NCBI GenBank assembly: GCA_963747235.1
Contig: CAVVEU010000013.1
Coordinates: 96,001-160,000, forward strand
Source of the DNA: an uncultured Candidatus Rokubacteria bacterium
Lineage (GTDB): Bacteria; Methylomirabilota; Methylomirabilia; Rokubacteriales; CSP1-6
Length of the DNA: 64,000 nt
Direction of reading: 5' to 3'
Shown here: one piece after another, positions 10,143 through 21,199 of the stretch
Layout of the letters: every line of letters begins with the position of its first letter
Position numbering within the stretch: position 1 is the stretch's first letter
Translations under genes and position numbers: made by a program
The notes under the pieces: generated by a model
The model's database searches: none
What the model saw: the letters and a program-made list of their open reading frames with translations, nothing else
What the model was told of the DNA's origin: nothing

Positions 10143-10417
10143 CGGCTCCGGTGACGGCGGTCACCTACACGACCGAGGACTTCGTGCGCCGCACCGTCGG
10201 GCGGATGTTGCGGGGCCGGTACCAGGGCGGGGTGGTCTGCTCCACCTGTCTCGTGGGGATGACGCTCGAGCGGCTGCACACCGGGTGGCGGAGGTCGGAG
10301 ATCGAGCACGCGATGGAGAAGGTGTTCAGCGCCCCCGGGGTGCTCGGCGGCGTGTCGAGCGGGCCCTGCGCGCGCTGCAAGCGCCCGAACCCGTGCATCG
10401 GCGAGCACGCCTCATGA
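10139..10417 (+). CDS. Small CxxC..CxxC..PC Zn-binding protein, paralog A
   Basis: [25 protein letters not shown]. Aligns with 21200..21463 and 20906..21172. Confidence 0.8.
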   Translation: MTAPVTAVTYTTEDFVRRTVGRMLRGRYQGGVVCSTCLVGMTLERLHTGWRRSEIEHAMEKVFSAPGVLGGVSSGPCARCKRPNPCIGEHAS

Positions 10418-10430
10418 TGGGCCCCGCCTC

Positions 10431-10679
10431 ATGATGGGAGAGGAGATGGCCCGGTGCCACGCGGGGGCGATGCTGCGCGCCCGCCCGGGCTGCTACTACT
10501 GCGCGCGGTGTGTCACGCGGCGGCTGGGCCCCGCGGCGGTGTGGACGAAGCGGGACGCGCGCCGGGCGATCGCGGCGCTGTTCCTGGGGCCCATCGGGCT
10601 CACCGCCATCCTCCGTCACGGCCCGGATCCCTGCGGGGATTGCGGGATCGTCGGCGGAGCGCTCCTGGGCTCGGTGTAG
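10431..10679 (+). CDS. Small CxxC..CxxC Zn-binding protein, paralog D (divergent, start possibly 10446)
   Basis: [27 protein letters not shown], with the same motif order and similar spacing as paralogs A-C. Confidence 0.65.
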   Translation: MMGEEMARCHAGAMLRARPGCYYCARCVTRRLGPAAVWTKRDARRAIAALFLGPIGLTAILRHGPDPCGDCGIVGGALLGSV

Positions 10680-10684
10680 CCCGC

Positions 10685-13600
10685 TCAGCCGAGCACGACC
10701 CGGACGCGGCGCGTGGCGCCGTCGCCGATGAGGGGGATGCTGGCGGCCGGGGACGGGAGCGGGACGCCGTCGATCTCCATGGTCGAGATGCCGCGGGTCA
10801 CCCCGTGCGGGTTCTCGACCGTGATCTCGTAGCGCGAGGCGTGATAGCGGAACGCGATCTCGAAGCGCGGCCACGCGCGCGGGATGCACGGATCGAGATG
10901 GAGCGCCGCCCCGCGCAGGCGAAACCCGAGGAGCCACTCGAGGCCGGCCCGGTACATCCACCCCGCGGAGCCGGTGTACCAGGTCCACCCTCCGCGCCCG
11001 ACGTGCGGGTACTCCGCGTAGACGTCGGCGGCGGCCACGTACGGCTCTCCCTTGTAGCGGTGGACGCCCGCCCGGGTGCTCGTGCGGTTGATCGGGTTCA
11101 GGATGGAGAACAGCTCGTTGGCGCGGTCGCCGTCGCCCGAGCGCCGCGAAGGCCATCACGGTCCAGATGGCGGCGTGGGTGTACTGCCCGCCGTTCTCGC
11201 GGATGCCGGGCGGGTAGCCCTTGATGTACCCGGGCTCGAGCGATGAGTGATCGAACGGCGGGGTGAAGAGCAGGATCAGCTCCTGATCGCGCCGGACGAG
11301 ATACTCCTCCACCGCGGCCATCGCGCGCGCCGCGCGCGCGGGCTCGGCGGCCCCCGAGAGGACCCCCCAGGACTGGGCGATCGAATCGATGCGGCACTCG
11401 GGGTTCACGATGGAGCCGAGCGGGGTGCCGTCGTCGAAGTAGGCGCGGCGATACCAGTCGCCATCCCAGGCGTGCTGCTCGAGCGCCGTCTTGAGGGCGC
11501 GGACGTGGGCCCGCCACGTCTCGGCGCGCGCGCCCTCGCCGCGGGCGTCGGCCAGGCGCGCGAACTCCCAGAGGGTCGTGTGCAGGAACCAGCCGAGCCA
11601 GACGCTCTCGCCGCGCCCCTCGGGCCCCACCCGGTTCATGCCGTCGTTCCAGTCGCCGGTGCCCATCAGGGGCAGCCCGTGAGCGCCGACCGCGAGGCTG
11701 CGGTCGAGCGCACGCGCGCAGTGCTCGAAGAGCGTGCCGTGCTCGGCGGAGACGGTGGGCTCGAAGTACGCGTCCTCCTGACCGGAGGGGATCGGCGGGC
11801 CTTCCAGGAACGGAACGCGCTCGTCCAGGAGCGGCGTATCCCCGGTGATCTCCAGGTAGTGCGTGACCGCGTAGGGTAGCCAGAGCGAATCGTCGGAGAT
11901 CCGGGTGCGCACGCCCTTGCCGGAGGGCGGATGCCACCAGTGCTGGACGTCGCCCTCGATGAACTGCCGGGCGGCGGCCCGGAGGAGATGCTCGCGCGCC
12001 ACCTCGCGCTTCGCGACCACGAGCGCCATCACGTCCTGGAGCTGGTCGCGGAAGCCGTAGGCGCCGCCGGCCTGATAGAAGGCGGAGCGGGCCCAGACCC
12101 GGCAGGCGAGCGTCTGGTAGAGCAGCCACCGGTTCAGCATCAGGTCCATGGACCGGTCCGGCGTCTTCACCTGGATGGCGCCGAGCGTGTCGTCCCACCG
12201 GGTCGTGACGTCCTTCAGGGTGACGATCGACGTCCGCGGCGCGATGGCGGACGATGAGCGCTCGCGCGGCCTCCACGGTGTCGCCCTGGCCGAGGAGGAA
12301 GACGATCTCCTCCCGGCCGCCCGGGGCCAGCTCGATCACGGCCTGGAGCGCCGCGCACGGATCGAGCCCGGCGCCGACCCGCCCGGACGGAGGCGTGCCG
12401 CGCTCCAGCATCGCGGGATGATCGAGCGTGCCGTTGCGGCCGATGACCTCCGCGCGATCGGCCGTCCACGCGGTCTGGCGGCCCCCGAGATCGGCGAACG
12501 CGACGCACCCGGCGAAGTCGGTGTTCCAGGCGTTGCGGGCCAGGAGCGCCCCGGTGTCCGCGTCGATCTCGGTGACGATGGACGGGGCGTTCGCGCTGCG
12601 CGAGGCGCCCAGCACCCACTCGACGTAGGCGGTGACCGAGAGCCGGCGCGGCTTGCCGGAGCGGTTCTCGATCGTCAGCCGCGAGATCTTGACCGGGTCC
12701 TCGGACGGGACGAACTGCAGGAGCTCGAGCGCGATGCCGTGGGAGGCGTGCTCGAAGCGGCTGTAGCCCTGTCCGTGCCGGGCGATGTAGGGGGACGCGT
12801 CCTCCCGGATCGGCAGGAGGGTGGGGCCCCACAGCGCGCCGGTCTCCTCGTCGCGGACGTAGAACGTCTCGCCCGGCGGGTCGCCGACCGCGTCGTTGGA
12901 CCACGGCGTGAGCTGGTTCTCGCGGCTGTTGAGCGCCCACGTGTACCCGGCCCCGGATTCGGAGACCTGGAAGCCGAAGCGGGGGTTGGCGATGACGTTG
13001 ACCCACGGCGCGGGCGCCCACTGCCCCTCGCCGAGCACGGTGACGTACTCGCGGCCCCCGTCCACGAAGCCCCCGATGCCGTTGAAGAACTCGGATTCGA
13101 AGCGCGGGGGTGGCGCGTGCGCGGCGGCCGCGGCCCGGGCCGGTCGCGGCGCGGGAAGGGCCGCGGCGTCGGGCGCCGACTCGGCGCGCGCGAGCTGCTC
13201 CGCGAGCGTGCCGTGGCGGCTCAGGAGCACGGCCCGGGCCGCCGACTGGAGTGCCGCGTGGTCCGTGGACGAGAGGAGCTCCTTCCGGAGGATGAAGACC
13301 CGACCCTGCGTCTCGCTGCGCTCCGGCCGGGGCGCCGACTGGCTCGTCCGCACGAGGGCCTCGAGCGAGGTCTGGAACTCCTGGACGTAGGAGTGCGCCT
13401 TCTCGTTCAGGATGACGAGATCCACGGCGAGCCCCTTCATGCGCCAGTACTCGTGGGCGCGGAGGAGCTGGCGGACGATGCCGCGATCCTCCGGCTCGTC
13501 GATGCGCACGAGGACGATCGGGAGGTCGCCGGAGATCTGGTGGGCCCAGAGGGTCGACGGGCCCGCCGTGTTCCGTCGCAGCACGTCCGGCGCGGAGCGC

Positions 13601-16600
13601 ATCGCGGGGTCGGAGTAGAGGATCCGGCTCGCCAGGTCCTGGAACAGATGGGCCTCGTGCGGGTCGATGCCCAGGTGGTGGAGCTGCACCTGCGCCTGGG
13701 TCCAGGCCAGGGTGACGGTGCGCTCGAACGTCGCGGGGTCGCGATACTTGTCGGCCAGGGCCACCGCGGCCTCGCGGGAGGCGGCGACGAGCGTGGAGAA
13801 GATGAGGCGGGCGCACTCGCCCGGGGCGAGCCGGATCCGGCGCCGCAGGCTGAAGATCGGATCGAGCACCGAGCCCGCGGTGTTCGACAGGGGCCGGCCG
13901 TCGATGACCGACATCGGCGTGCGGATCGTGCGGCCGCGGCCCAGGAAGCGGGCCCGGTCCGTCTCGTACTGGGCGCCGCCCGCGGGCTGGCCTTCCACCA
14001 CGACGGTGTGGGCCGCCCACACCGGGGTCTCCGCCGGCGCGCGGAGCCGGCGGGTGGCCAGGAGCGCGCCGAGATCGGCGAGCAGCTCGGTCTGGACGAA
14101 CAGGTTGGAGAAGGCGGGGTGGGCGGAGTCGGCCGCCGGCGCGGCGAGCTGGAGCTCGGCGTAGGAGGTGAGCTCGATCTCTCGCACCCGGTCTCCCAGG
14201 TTCGTGACCGAGACGCGCCGGATCTCGGCGTCGTCCTCGGGCGAGACGATGACCTCGAGCGCGGTCGCGATCGTGCCGTCCAGGCGATAGAACTCCGCGC
14301 GGTCCTCCGAGAACGTGGCACGGTAGACGGTCGGCTCGACGCCGGTGGGCTGGTAGGCGGCCGACCAGACCGCGCCGGTCTCGACGTCGCGCAGGAACAC
14401 GTACGTCCCCCACGGATCCCGCGTCACGTCCTCGCGCCATCGCGTGACGCCGAGCCCGGCGCACCGGCTGTAGCCCGATCCCGCGGTGGTCAGCATCACC
14501 GCGTAGCGCCCGTTGGAGAGAAGATGCGTCCGGGGGGCGGGCCCGTGGGGCGTGGTGAAGCGGCGGAAGACGGGCTCCACGAACTCGCGGACGTGCGCCG
14601 GCACGTCCACTTCCTCGAGCCGGGGGCGGGCGACCGCGACGTCGCGGGGCGCGCGCTCCTGCAGGAGCAGGTCCGTGGCCTGGATGATGGGCTCGGCGTG
14701 GAACCGCGCGCGCATGATCCCGTCGTGGAGCACGTTCCCCAGGGCGATGAGCGTCATGCCCTGGTGGTGGGCCATGTAGGCGCGCACGATCGCCACCGTC
14801 GCGCCGTCCGGCACCCGCGACGGGGTGTAGTCGAGGGCCTCGTAGAAGCCGTACGGCCCGCGCGCGCCCGACCGCGGCGAGGGCGGAGAAGTTCCGCGCC
14901 GCCGCGACCGGGTCGATCATCGCGGCGAGCGCGGTCGCGTAGGGGGCCACGACCAGGTCCTCGCCCAGGCCGCGCTCGAGACCCAGGCCCGGCACGCCGA
15001 AGTTCGAGTACTGGAAGGTGAGGTCCAGATCGCGGACGTTATAGGCCGATTCGGAGACGCCCCAGGGCACGCCGTTGTCGGCGCCGTAGCTCATCTGGCG
15101 CTGGACCACGAGCCGGCACGTGTCCTCGAGGAGACTGCCCGCCGGGGCGTCCATCACGAGCTCGGGCATCAGGTACTCGAACATCGAGCCCGACCAGGAC
15201 ACGAGGACCGAGCCGAGCCCGACCGGGGTCATCTGGCGGCCGAGGTGGAACCAGTGCGAGACGGGGACGTCGCCCTTGGCGATGGCGATGAAGCTCGCGA
15301 GCCGCGCTTCCGAGGCGAGGAGGTCGTAGGCGCTGCCGTCGAGGCTGCCGTCGGAGACGCGATAGCCGATCGAGAAGATCTTGCGGGTCGGGTCGAAGAG
15401 GAAGCCGAACTGCATGGCCTCGAAGAGCTCGGTGGTCGCCCGGGCGACGGCCAGCAGGCGGCCGGCGAGCGATTGAGCGGCCGCGGAGGAGCGCGCCAGG
15501 CCTCCGATGAGCGCGTCGATGCGCGCGATCGGGCCCGCCGACTGTTCGGCGCCCGCGCGGAGGGCGGCGTCGCGAGCGGCGGTGAGCTCGTCGATCGCGA
15601 CGCGGCAGCGCTCGGGCAGATCGGCCGGGCTGGGCGGCGAGGCGAAGAGCCGGCCGAGCGCGCTCGCGACCTCGGGGGGCGCGCCCGCGATGTCGGCCCA
15701 GGGCATCAGGGTCTCGACGTCGCGCGCGTGGCTGGCGACGGTGGCGCGCGCCGCCTGGGCCCAGACCAGGACGCCGGCGCCCCCGCCGCCGTCGCCGCTG
15801 GTCGTGAGCACGCGCGCGATGTCCACCAGGGTGTCGGCGTACCCCGCGAGCCGTCGGACGCGGGCGGACCGTCTCCGCCGGGCTCCCCGCGTCGTCGCGA
15901 AGCGCCGCGCCCAGGGTGTCGCGGGCCTCGGCGAGCTGGCGGACGGTCACGGTCTGGCTGCGGTGACTATCCGCGAGCGCGGTGGCGGCCTCCCCGACGA
16001 GATGGAGGGCGTCGTCGATGCCCGCGACCAGGTCCCGGTGCGGAAGCGGATCGTGGACCGCGCCGCGACACGCGCTGCCGAGGGCGAGGAGATGCGCGGC
16101 GAGGTTACCGCTGTCCACGGTGGAGACGTAGCGGGGCTCCAGCGGGCGCAGCCCGGTCGTGTCGTACCAGTTGTAGAAGTGGCCGCGGAAGCGCTCGAGG
16201 CGGCGCATCGTCGCCAGGGTCGCCTCGAGGCGCTCCACCGTGTCGAGGAGGCCCAGCCAGCCGAAGTCCCGGGCCGAGATCACCGCCAGCAGATAGAGCC
16301 CGATGTTGGTGGGAGACGTGCGGTGCGCCAGGACGGGCCGGGGATCCTCCTGGAAGTTGTCGGGCGGCAGGAAGGTGTCGTCGTGCCCGACGAAGGACTC
16401 GAAGAAGCGCCAGGTGCGGCGCGCGGTCGAGCGAAGGACGACGGAGTCCTCGGGGGAGAGCCGCTGCTGGGGCGACGGCACCGGCGGGCGGCTGACCCAT
16501 CGGGCCACCGCGGGGGAGAGGCTCCAGAGCAGGAGGAAGGGCGCGGCCACCGCGAGGCTGCTCGGCCGCAGCCAGACCACGAGCGCGCCGGCGGCCGCGG

Positions 16601-19467
16601 CGACGACGAGCGCCCCGCCCATGCGCCGGTACGCGCCGGTGATGTCCCGGGAGAGGTCCGACTTGGTCTGCGCGGCGGTGGTCCATTCCAGCAGCCGGCG
16701 GCGGGTCAGGTACAGGCGCACGAGCGTGCGTCCGATCGCGTCGCCCATGAGCCAGGCCTGGTGCGCGAGGAAGGTGATGGCGAGCGCGATCTGAGACGCC
16801 GCGATCGTGAAGGTCCGCCCGACGCTCCGCAAGTGGGTCCGCTTCGAGATGCCCGACCGCTTGGGGATGATCTCGTCGAACGTCGGGAAGGAGGGATGGG
16901 AGCGCGATGGTGGCGAGGACGAACGCGGTCCACACCAGCGGGAGACCGTGAGGGAGCAGCCAGCCCACGATGAGGGTGAGCCCGGCGGCCGGCGCCGACA
17001 AGGTCCGGCGGAGGTTGTCGGTGATCTTCCACAGGCCGACCGGCGGGATCCAGGTCGGCCGCGCCCCCGCGCGGGTGTCGCCCCGGATCATCCAGGGGAG
17101 GAGCTGCCAGTCTCCGCGCGCCCAGCGGTACTGGCGTCCGGCCGCGACCTCGTAGTCGGTGGGGAACTCCTCGAAGAGCTCGATGTCGGTGACGAGTCCG
17201 GCTCGCGCGAAGATCCCCTCGAAGAGATCGTGGCTCAGGAGGGAGTTCTCGGGAACGCGATCCTTGAGCGCGGCGGTGAACGCGGCCACGTCGTAGATGC
17301 CCTTCCCGGTGTACGAGCCCTCGCCGAAGAGGTCCTGGTAGACGTCGGAGGTCGCGGTGGCGTAGGGATCGATCCCGGCGGGCCCGGCGAAGATCCGCTG
17401 GAAGAGCGAGCGGTCACGATCCGAGGGGATCGTGGGCGTGATCCGGGGCTGCAGGATCGCGTAGCCGTCCACCACGCGCCCGGCGCGGGCGTCGAAGACC
17501 GGCCGGTTCAGCGGATGGGCCATCGTGCCGACGAGGCGATTGACCGCGCCGCGCGGCAGGCGCGTGTCGGCGTCGAGGGTGATGACGTAGCGGACTCCGG
17601 TGGGTACCGCGGGCGCCGGGCCCCGCGGCGTCTCGAACGCCGGTCCTCCGGTGCCGGTCAGGAGCTGGTTGAGCTGGTCGAGCTTTCCGCGCTTGCGCTC
17701 CCAGCCCATCCACGTGCCCTCGCGCGCGTTCCAGGCTCGACGGCGATGGAGCAGGAGGAAGCGCTCGCCGCCGGGAAGGGCCGGGCCGCTGCGCGCGTTG
17801 AGGCGGGCGATGCCGTCCGCGGCCAGCGCGAGGAGCCGATCGTCCTCCGGCGTGCGCTCGGTGGACGCGTCCCTCCAGTCCGAGAGCAGGACGAAGTGGA
17901 CGTGGCCGTCCGGGTTGGCGAGATAGTGGATCTCCAGGCGGTTGATGTGCTCCTCGATCTCGTCGGCGCCGGTCAGGAGCGTGGGCACGACCACGAGGGT
18001 GCGCATGCCCGCGGGCACGCCCTCGGCCAGCTCGAGACGCGGGAGCGGGGTCGGACCGATCAGGTCCATGACCGCGCGATTGATGAGGGCGAGCGCCAGA
18101 TCGGAGGCCGGGATCACCGCGAGGAGTCCGAGCAGGGCCAGGGCGCCGGGGCTCATGCCGGCGGTGTGCCCGGCCAGGAGCGGGAGGGCCAGGAGGAGGC
18201 CGGTCACGGTGGCGATGGTCGTCAGGTAGCCCGGCGTCGCGCCGGACAGGAACACGCGGAGGAACCGCTGGCCCGGTGGCGCGCGGTAGCCGGTCTCGGC
18301 TTCCAGCACGGTGCGCCCCTGGGCGAGCAGGTAGTAGCCGGGATCGGTCGAGCGTGCCGCGGGCGCCGCGTCGCTGCGCGGCACGTCCGCGATCGCGCGC
18401 CGGGCGTGGGCCATCACCAGCCGGGTGACGTCGAGCTCGGACCGCCGGGAGCCGCGCGCGAGGTCCTCGATCACGTGACGGTACTGATCGCGGGTGGCGA
18501 AGTCCATCGCGCGGAAGGTGCGGTCGGCGCGGAGCAGGTCGTCCACCAGGCTGACGCTCTCGAAGAAGTCGGCCCAGTCGAACGTGGCCATCATCCGCAT
18601 GCTCGTGATCACGTTGCGGACGGTCACGTTCAGGGCGGCCTGGTTCTGGTGCTCGAGCTGCACGAGCGCGTCGGCCGAGGTGCCGAGCGCGGTGAGCTGC
18701 TCGTCGAGCCACCGCAGCGCGGGGGTGGACTCGGGATCCTGCTCGCGCAGCCGCTGCACGAGGTTCACCATGAAGGCGCGCGACAGGCGCGCGGTCTCGA
18801 TTCGCTGGAAGGCGAGCGGGCGCCGCGTCCGTCCGCCGAGTCCGAGCAGCTCGTCGGCCAGCGCGTCGGCCCCGAGTCGCGCGGCCCGCCCATTCACGAT
18901 GCGCTCGGCCAGGCGCCGGAGGTTCTCCACGAGCACGAGGCGAAGCGCGATCGGGATGGCCCAGAGCTCGCCGATGGTCAGGGGCTGCACGCGCTGGAAC
19001 CGGCGCACGAAGCGCTGGAGCGTCTCCGGCTCCAGGCGGCTGTCGGTGTGGGCGATGAACTCCCAGGCCAGGCCGAGCACGCGGGGATACCCCTGCAGCG
19101 GCTCCTCCGCGAGCTTGGGGAGCTGGCGGTAGAACCCGCGCGGGAGGTCCTCGCGAACCTGCCGCACCACCTCGTCCGCGACGTGGTAGTTGTCGACGAA
19201 CCATTCCGCGGCCGGCGTGATGGCCCCTTCCTCCCGGATCACCGCCGCGATCTCGCGATAGCACTGCAGGAGGACGCGTCCGCTGTCGCGCACGCGGGGC
19301 GAGAGGAGGCGCCCGGAGGTGCCGCCGGCCAGGACCGGGCGGCTCGCGACGCGCTCCGCGAGCTCCTCCAGGCGCTCGGGGCTCAGGAGCTCGGTGCGGA
19401 TCGGCTCCTGGGACTCGCGGGAGAGGGGAGACGGGACGGCGGGCGACCGGAAGCCTCGGAGATGCAT
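10685..19467 (-). CDS. ndvB: Cyclic beta-1,2-glucan synthase (GT84 + cyclisation domain + GH94 phosphorylase), about 2900 aa, broken by at least 5 indels
   Basis: [89 protein letters not shown] and WYTGSAGW in collinear order across ORF fragments. Confidence 0.93.
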
Positions 19468-19561
19468 GCTGCGTTCAGCCTCCCGAGGTCCACATCTGCG
19501 ATTGAATGTACCATGATATAAGCTACATAACCGACATAGGGGATACCGTGATCGTTATCGC

Positions 19562-19773
19562 TTGACAGTACGGAGATCGCCCTGTAATGTGACGGGCGGT
19601 GCTGATTCACCCGGCTTTCGGTTGCAGCGAGCAGACGAATACGATTCGCGACTAACGCCGCGCGGGTATCAAGCCGCTCGGCGTTTTTGTTTGTCCTCCA
19701 CTCCTGGAGGGCGCCCTCGCCATGGTGGCGAGGTTTCACCGAGGCGAAAGCCTCAGAATAAGAGGTCGGTTCA
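19562..19773 (+). promoter_or_regulatory. csp promoter and long (~175 nt) 5' UTR
   Basis: TTGACA(19562)-17 nt-TAATGT, and GAGG SD before ATG 19774. Long leaders are typical of cspA-family mRNAs. Confidence 0.55.
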
Positions 19774-19974
19774 ATGGCACAGGGCACGGTCAAGTGGTTC
19801 AACGATGCGAAGGGTTACGGCTTCATTACCCAGGAGGGTGGCGAGGACGTCTTCGTGCATTTCAACGCCATTCAGGCGCAGGGCTTCAAGAGCCTGGCCG
19901 AGGGCGACAAGGTCGAGTTCGAAGTGACCAAGGGCCCCAAGGGGCTCCAGGCCGCGAACGTTCGGAAGGCCTGA
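19774..19974 (+). CDS. cspA: Cold-shock protein (CspA family)
   Basis: [15 protein letters not shown] (RNP1), DVFVHF (RNP2), 66 aa. Confidence 0.97.
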   Translation: MAQGTVKWFNDAKGYGFITQEGGEDVFVHFNAIQAQGFKSLAEGDKVEFEVTKGPKGLQAANVRKA

Positions 19975-19995
19975 CGAAAACCCCGCGTCAAACGG

Positions 19996-20030
19996 AAGGC
20001 CGGGTCCCCTTCGGGGGGCCCGGCCTTTTT
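19996..20030 (+). terminator. Rho-independent terminator of csp
   Basis: 14-bp stem (one G-U pair), C(UUCG)G tetraloop, ending in a T run. Confidence 0.9.
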
Positions 20031-20044
20031 CATGTCCGCCCGGT

Positions 20045-20078
20045 CCAGAACGTAGATCTAGCCAGAACGTAAATCTAG
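20045..20078. repeat. 17-bp tandem duplication CCAGAACGTA(G/A)ATCTAG x2
   Basis: Directly visible, 1 mismatch. Confidence 0.8.
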
Positions 20079-20087
20079 CAGGTCGGT

Positions 20088-20252
20088 CTAGCGGGCGCTC
20101 TCGTCACGGAGCTGCCACCCGAGCCCGACGAAGCTCAGCACGACGCCGAGCCAGAAGGCCACCTCGCGGGTCGAGGTGCCGTCGCCGAGGTGGCCGATGA
20201 CGACGAAGGCGAGCCCGACCGCGAGGAGTACGTGCTTCGGCTTGATCGCCAT
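20088..20252 (-). CDS. Small 2-TM membrane protein (54 aa)
   Basis: MAIKPKHVLLAVGLAFVVIG..VAFWLGVVLSFVGLGW, two hydrophobic segments. Confidence 0.65.
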   Translation of the reverse strand: MAIKPKHVLLAVGLAFVVIGHLGDGTSTREVAFWLGVVLSFVGLGWQLRDESAR

Positions 20253-20272
20253 GACGCGGCCCCGGGCGGCCC

Positions 20273-20431
20273 CTAGGCTTCCCGATCGTTGGCCAGGCGG
20301 CCCCACTTCTTCTTCGCGAAGTTGAAGAGCCACACGCTGCCGGAGGAATCCAGCGCGTACAGCAGGGTCGGCGACAGGGGGGCTACCGTCGTCGCGATCT
20401 GGACGAACTTGGGCTGCCCTCGGGGGTCCAT
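20273..20431 (-). CDS. Small hypothetical protein (52 aa, FVQIA..LYALDSSGSVW blade-like motif)
   Basis: Strong SD GGAGGAG before ATG 20431. Motif shared with 8028..8276. Confidence 0.7.
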   Translation of the reverse strand: MDPRGQPKFVQIATTVAPLSPTLLYALDSSGSVWLFNFAKKKWGRLANDREA

Positions 20432-20495
20432 GGGGTCTCCTCCGTGCGTAGCGAGAGCGGGCGCGGCAAGGTCGTCGAAGGGAGAGGCAACCGGA

Positions 20496-20552
20496 TTGCC
20501 GGGCACCATGTATGTATGATATAACTTAAATAACAATAAGAACGTATATTCG
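20496..20552. promoter_or_regulatory. AT-rich divergent promoter region
   Basis: TTGCCG-18-TATAAC with extended TG, and an ~40-nt strongly A/T-rich tract in a very GC-rich window. Confidence 0.55.
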
Positions 20553-20614
20553 CGGCCCGCGCATCCCGAAAGACGCCGGTACGCCGGGATACGTCTGGGG
20601 ATATGGAGATCGCA

Positions 20615-20905
20615 ATGTTCGAGGACAGAGCCAGGGTCCTGCTCATTCTCCCTCAAGACGTTCTCGACCGGGCGCGCGTGTTCGCGGGCGAAGCGATGAC
20701 GAAGCTGAAGGGCCCCGTGAGCCTGCAGATGGTGCTGCGCGCGCTCATCGACCAGGGGCTCCGGCGCGATCGCGACCGGGCCCTCCTGACCAACATCGAG
20801 GTGCAGATGCGGGCGGTCCGGGAAGTCCGGAGCCGCGGCCGCCGGCCCGCCGTGATGGCGCGCGCCACGCGGGCGGGTGCCCGGGCGAGCGGGCGAAGGA
20901 GCTGA
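20615..20905 (+). CDS. Ribbon-helix-helix (CopG/Arc-like) DNA-binding protein with a basic tail
   Basis: RVLLILPQDVLDRARVFA..VSLQMVLRALIDQGL pattern, GGAG SD. Confidence 0.65.
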   Translation: MFEDRARVLLILPQDVLDRARVFAGEAMTKLKGPVSLQMVLRALIDQGLRRDRDRALLTNIEVQMRAVREVRSRGRRPAVMARATRAGARASGRRS

Positions 20906-21172
20906 ATGGCCGCGACGATCTTCACGGTGGGAGACTTCATCCGGCGGGTCGTGGACAGCCTCCTCCGTGGTGATTGCCGGGGCAAGTTCCTCTGCGCGCG
21001 GTGCCTGGTCAAGCTGACCAAGGGCCACCTGGACCGGAGCTACACGACCCGCGAGGTGGTGGAGGTGATGGAGGAGATCTTCGTGGCGCCCGCGCCGTTG
21101 ACGCACGCGCCGGCCTCCACCTGCGCCGCCTGCGCGCGGAAGAAGGTCCCGTGCCTCGCGGCGGCGGCGTGA
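20906..21172 (+). CDS. Small CxxC..CxxC..PC Zn-binding protein, paralog C
   Basis: FTVGDFIRR..LLRG..CARCLV..CAAC..PCL. Starts immediately after the RHH stop codon. Confidence 0.8.
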   Translation: MAATIFTVGDFIRRVVDSLLRGDCRGKFLCARCLVKLTKGHLDRSYTTREVVEVMEEIFVAPAPLTHAPASTCAACARKKVPCLAAAA

Positions 21173-21199
21173 CGGCCGGTCAGTGGCGATAGAGGCCGA

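Noticed and set aside
19500-20552. AT-rich tracts as oriC/unwinding element for the nearby dnaA
   Set aside because: The 9-nt-period ATAA units match TTATCCACA at only about 4/9 positions and no DnaA-trio run is seen. They are better explained as promoters or operators.
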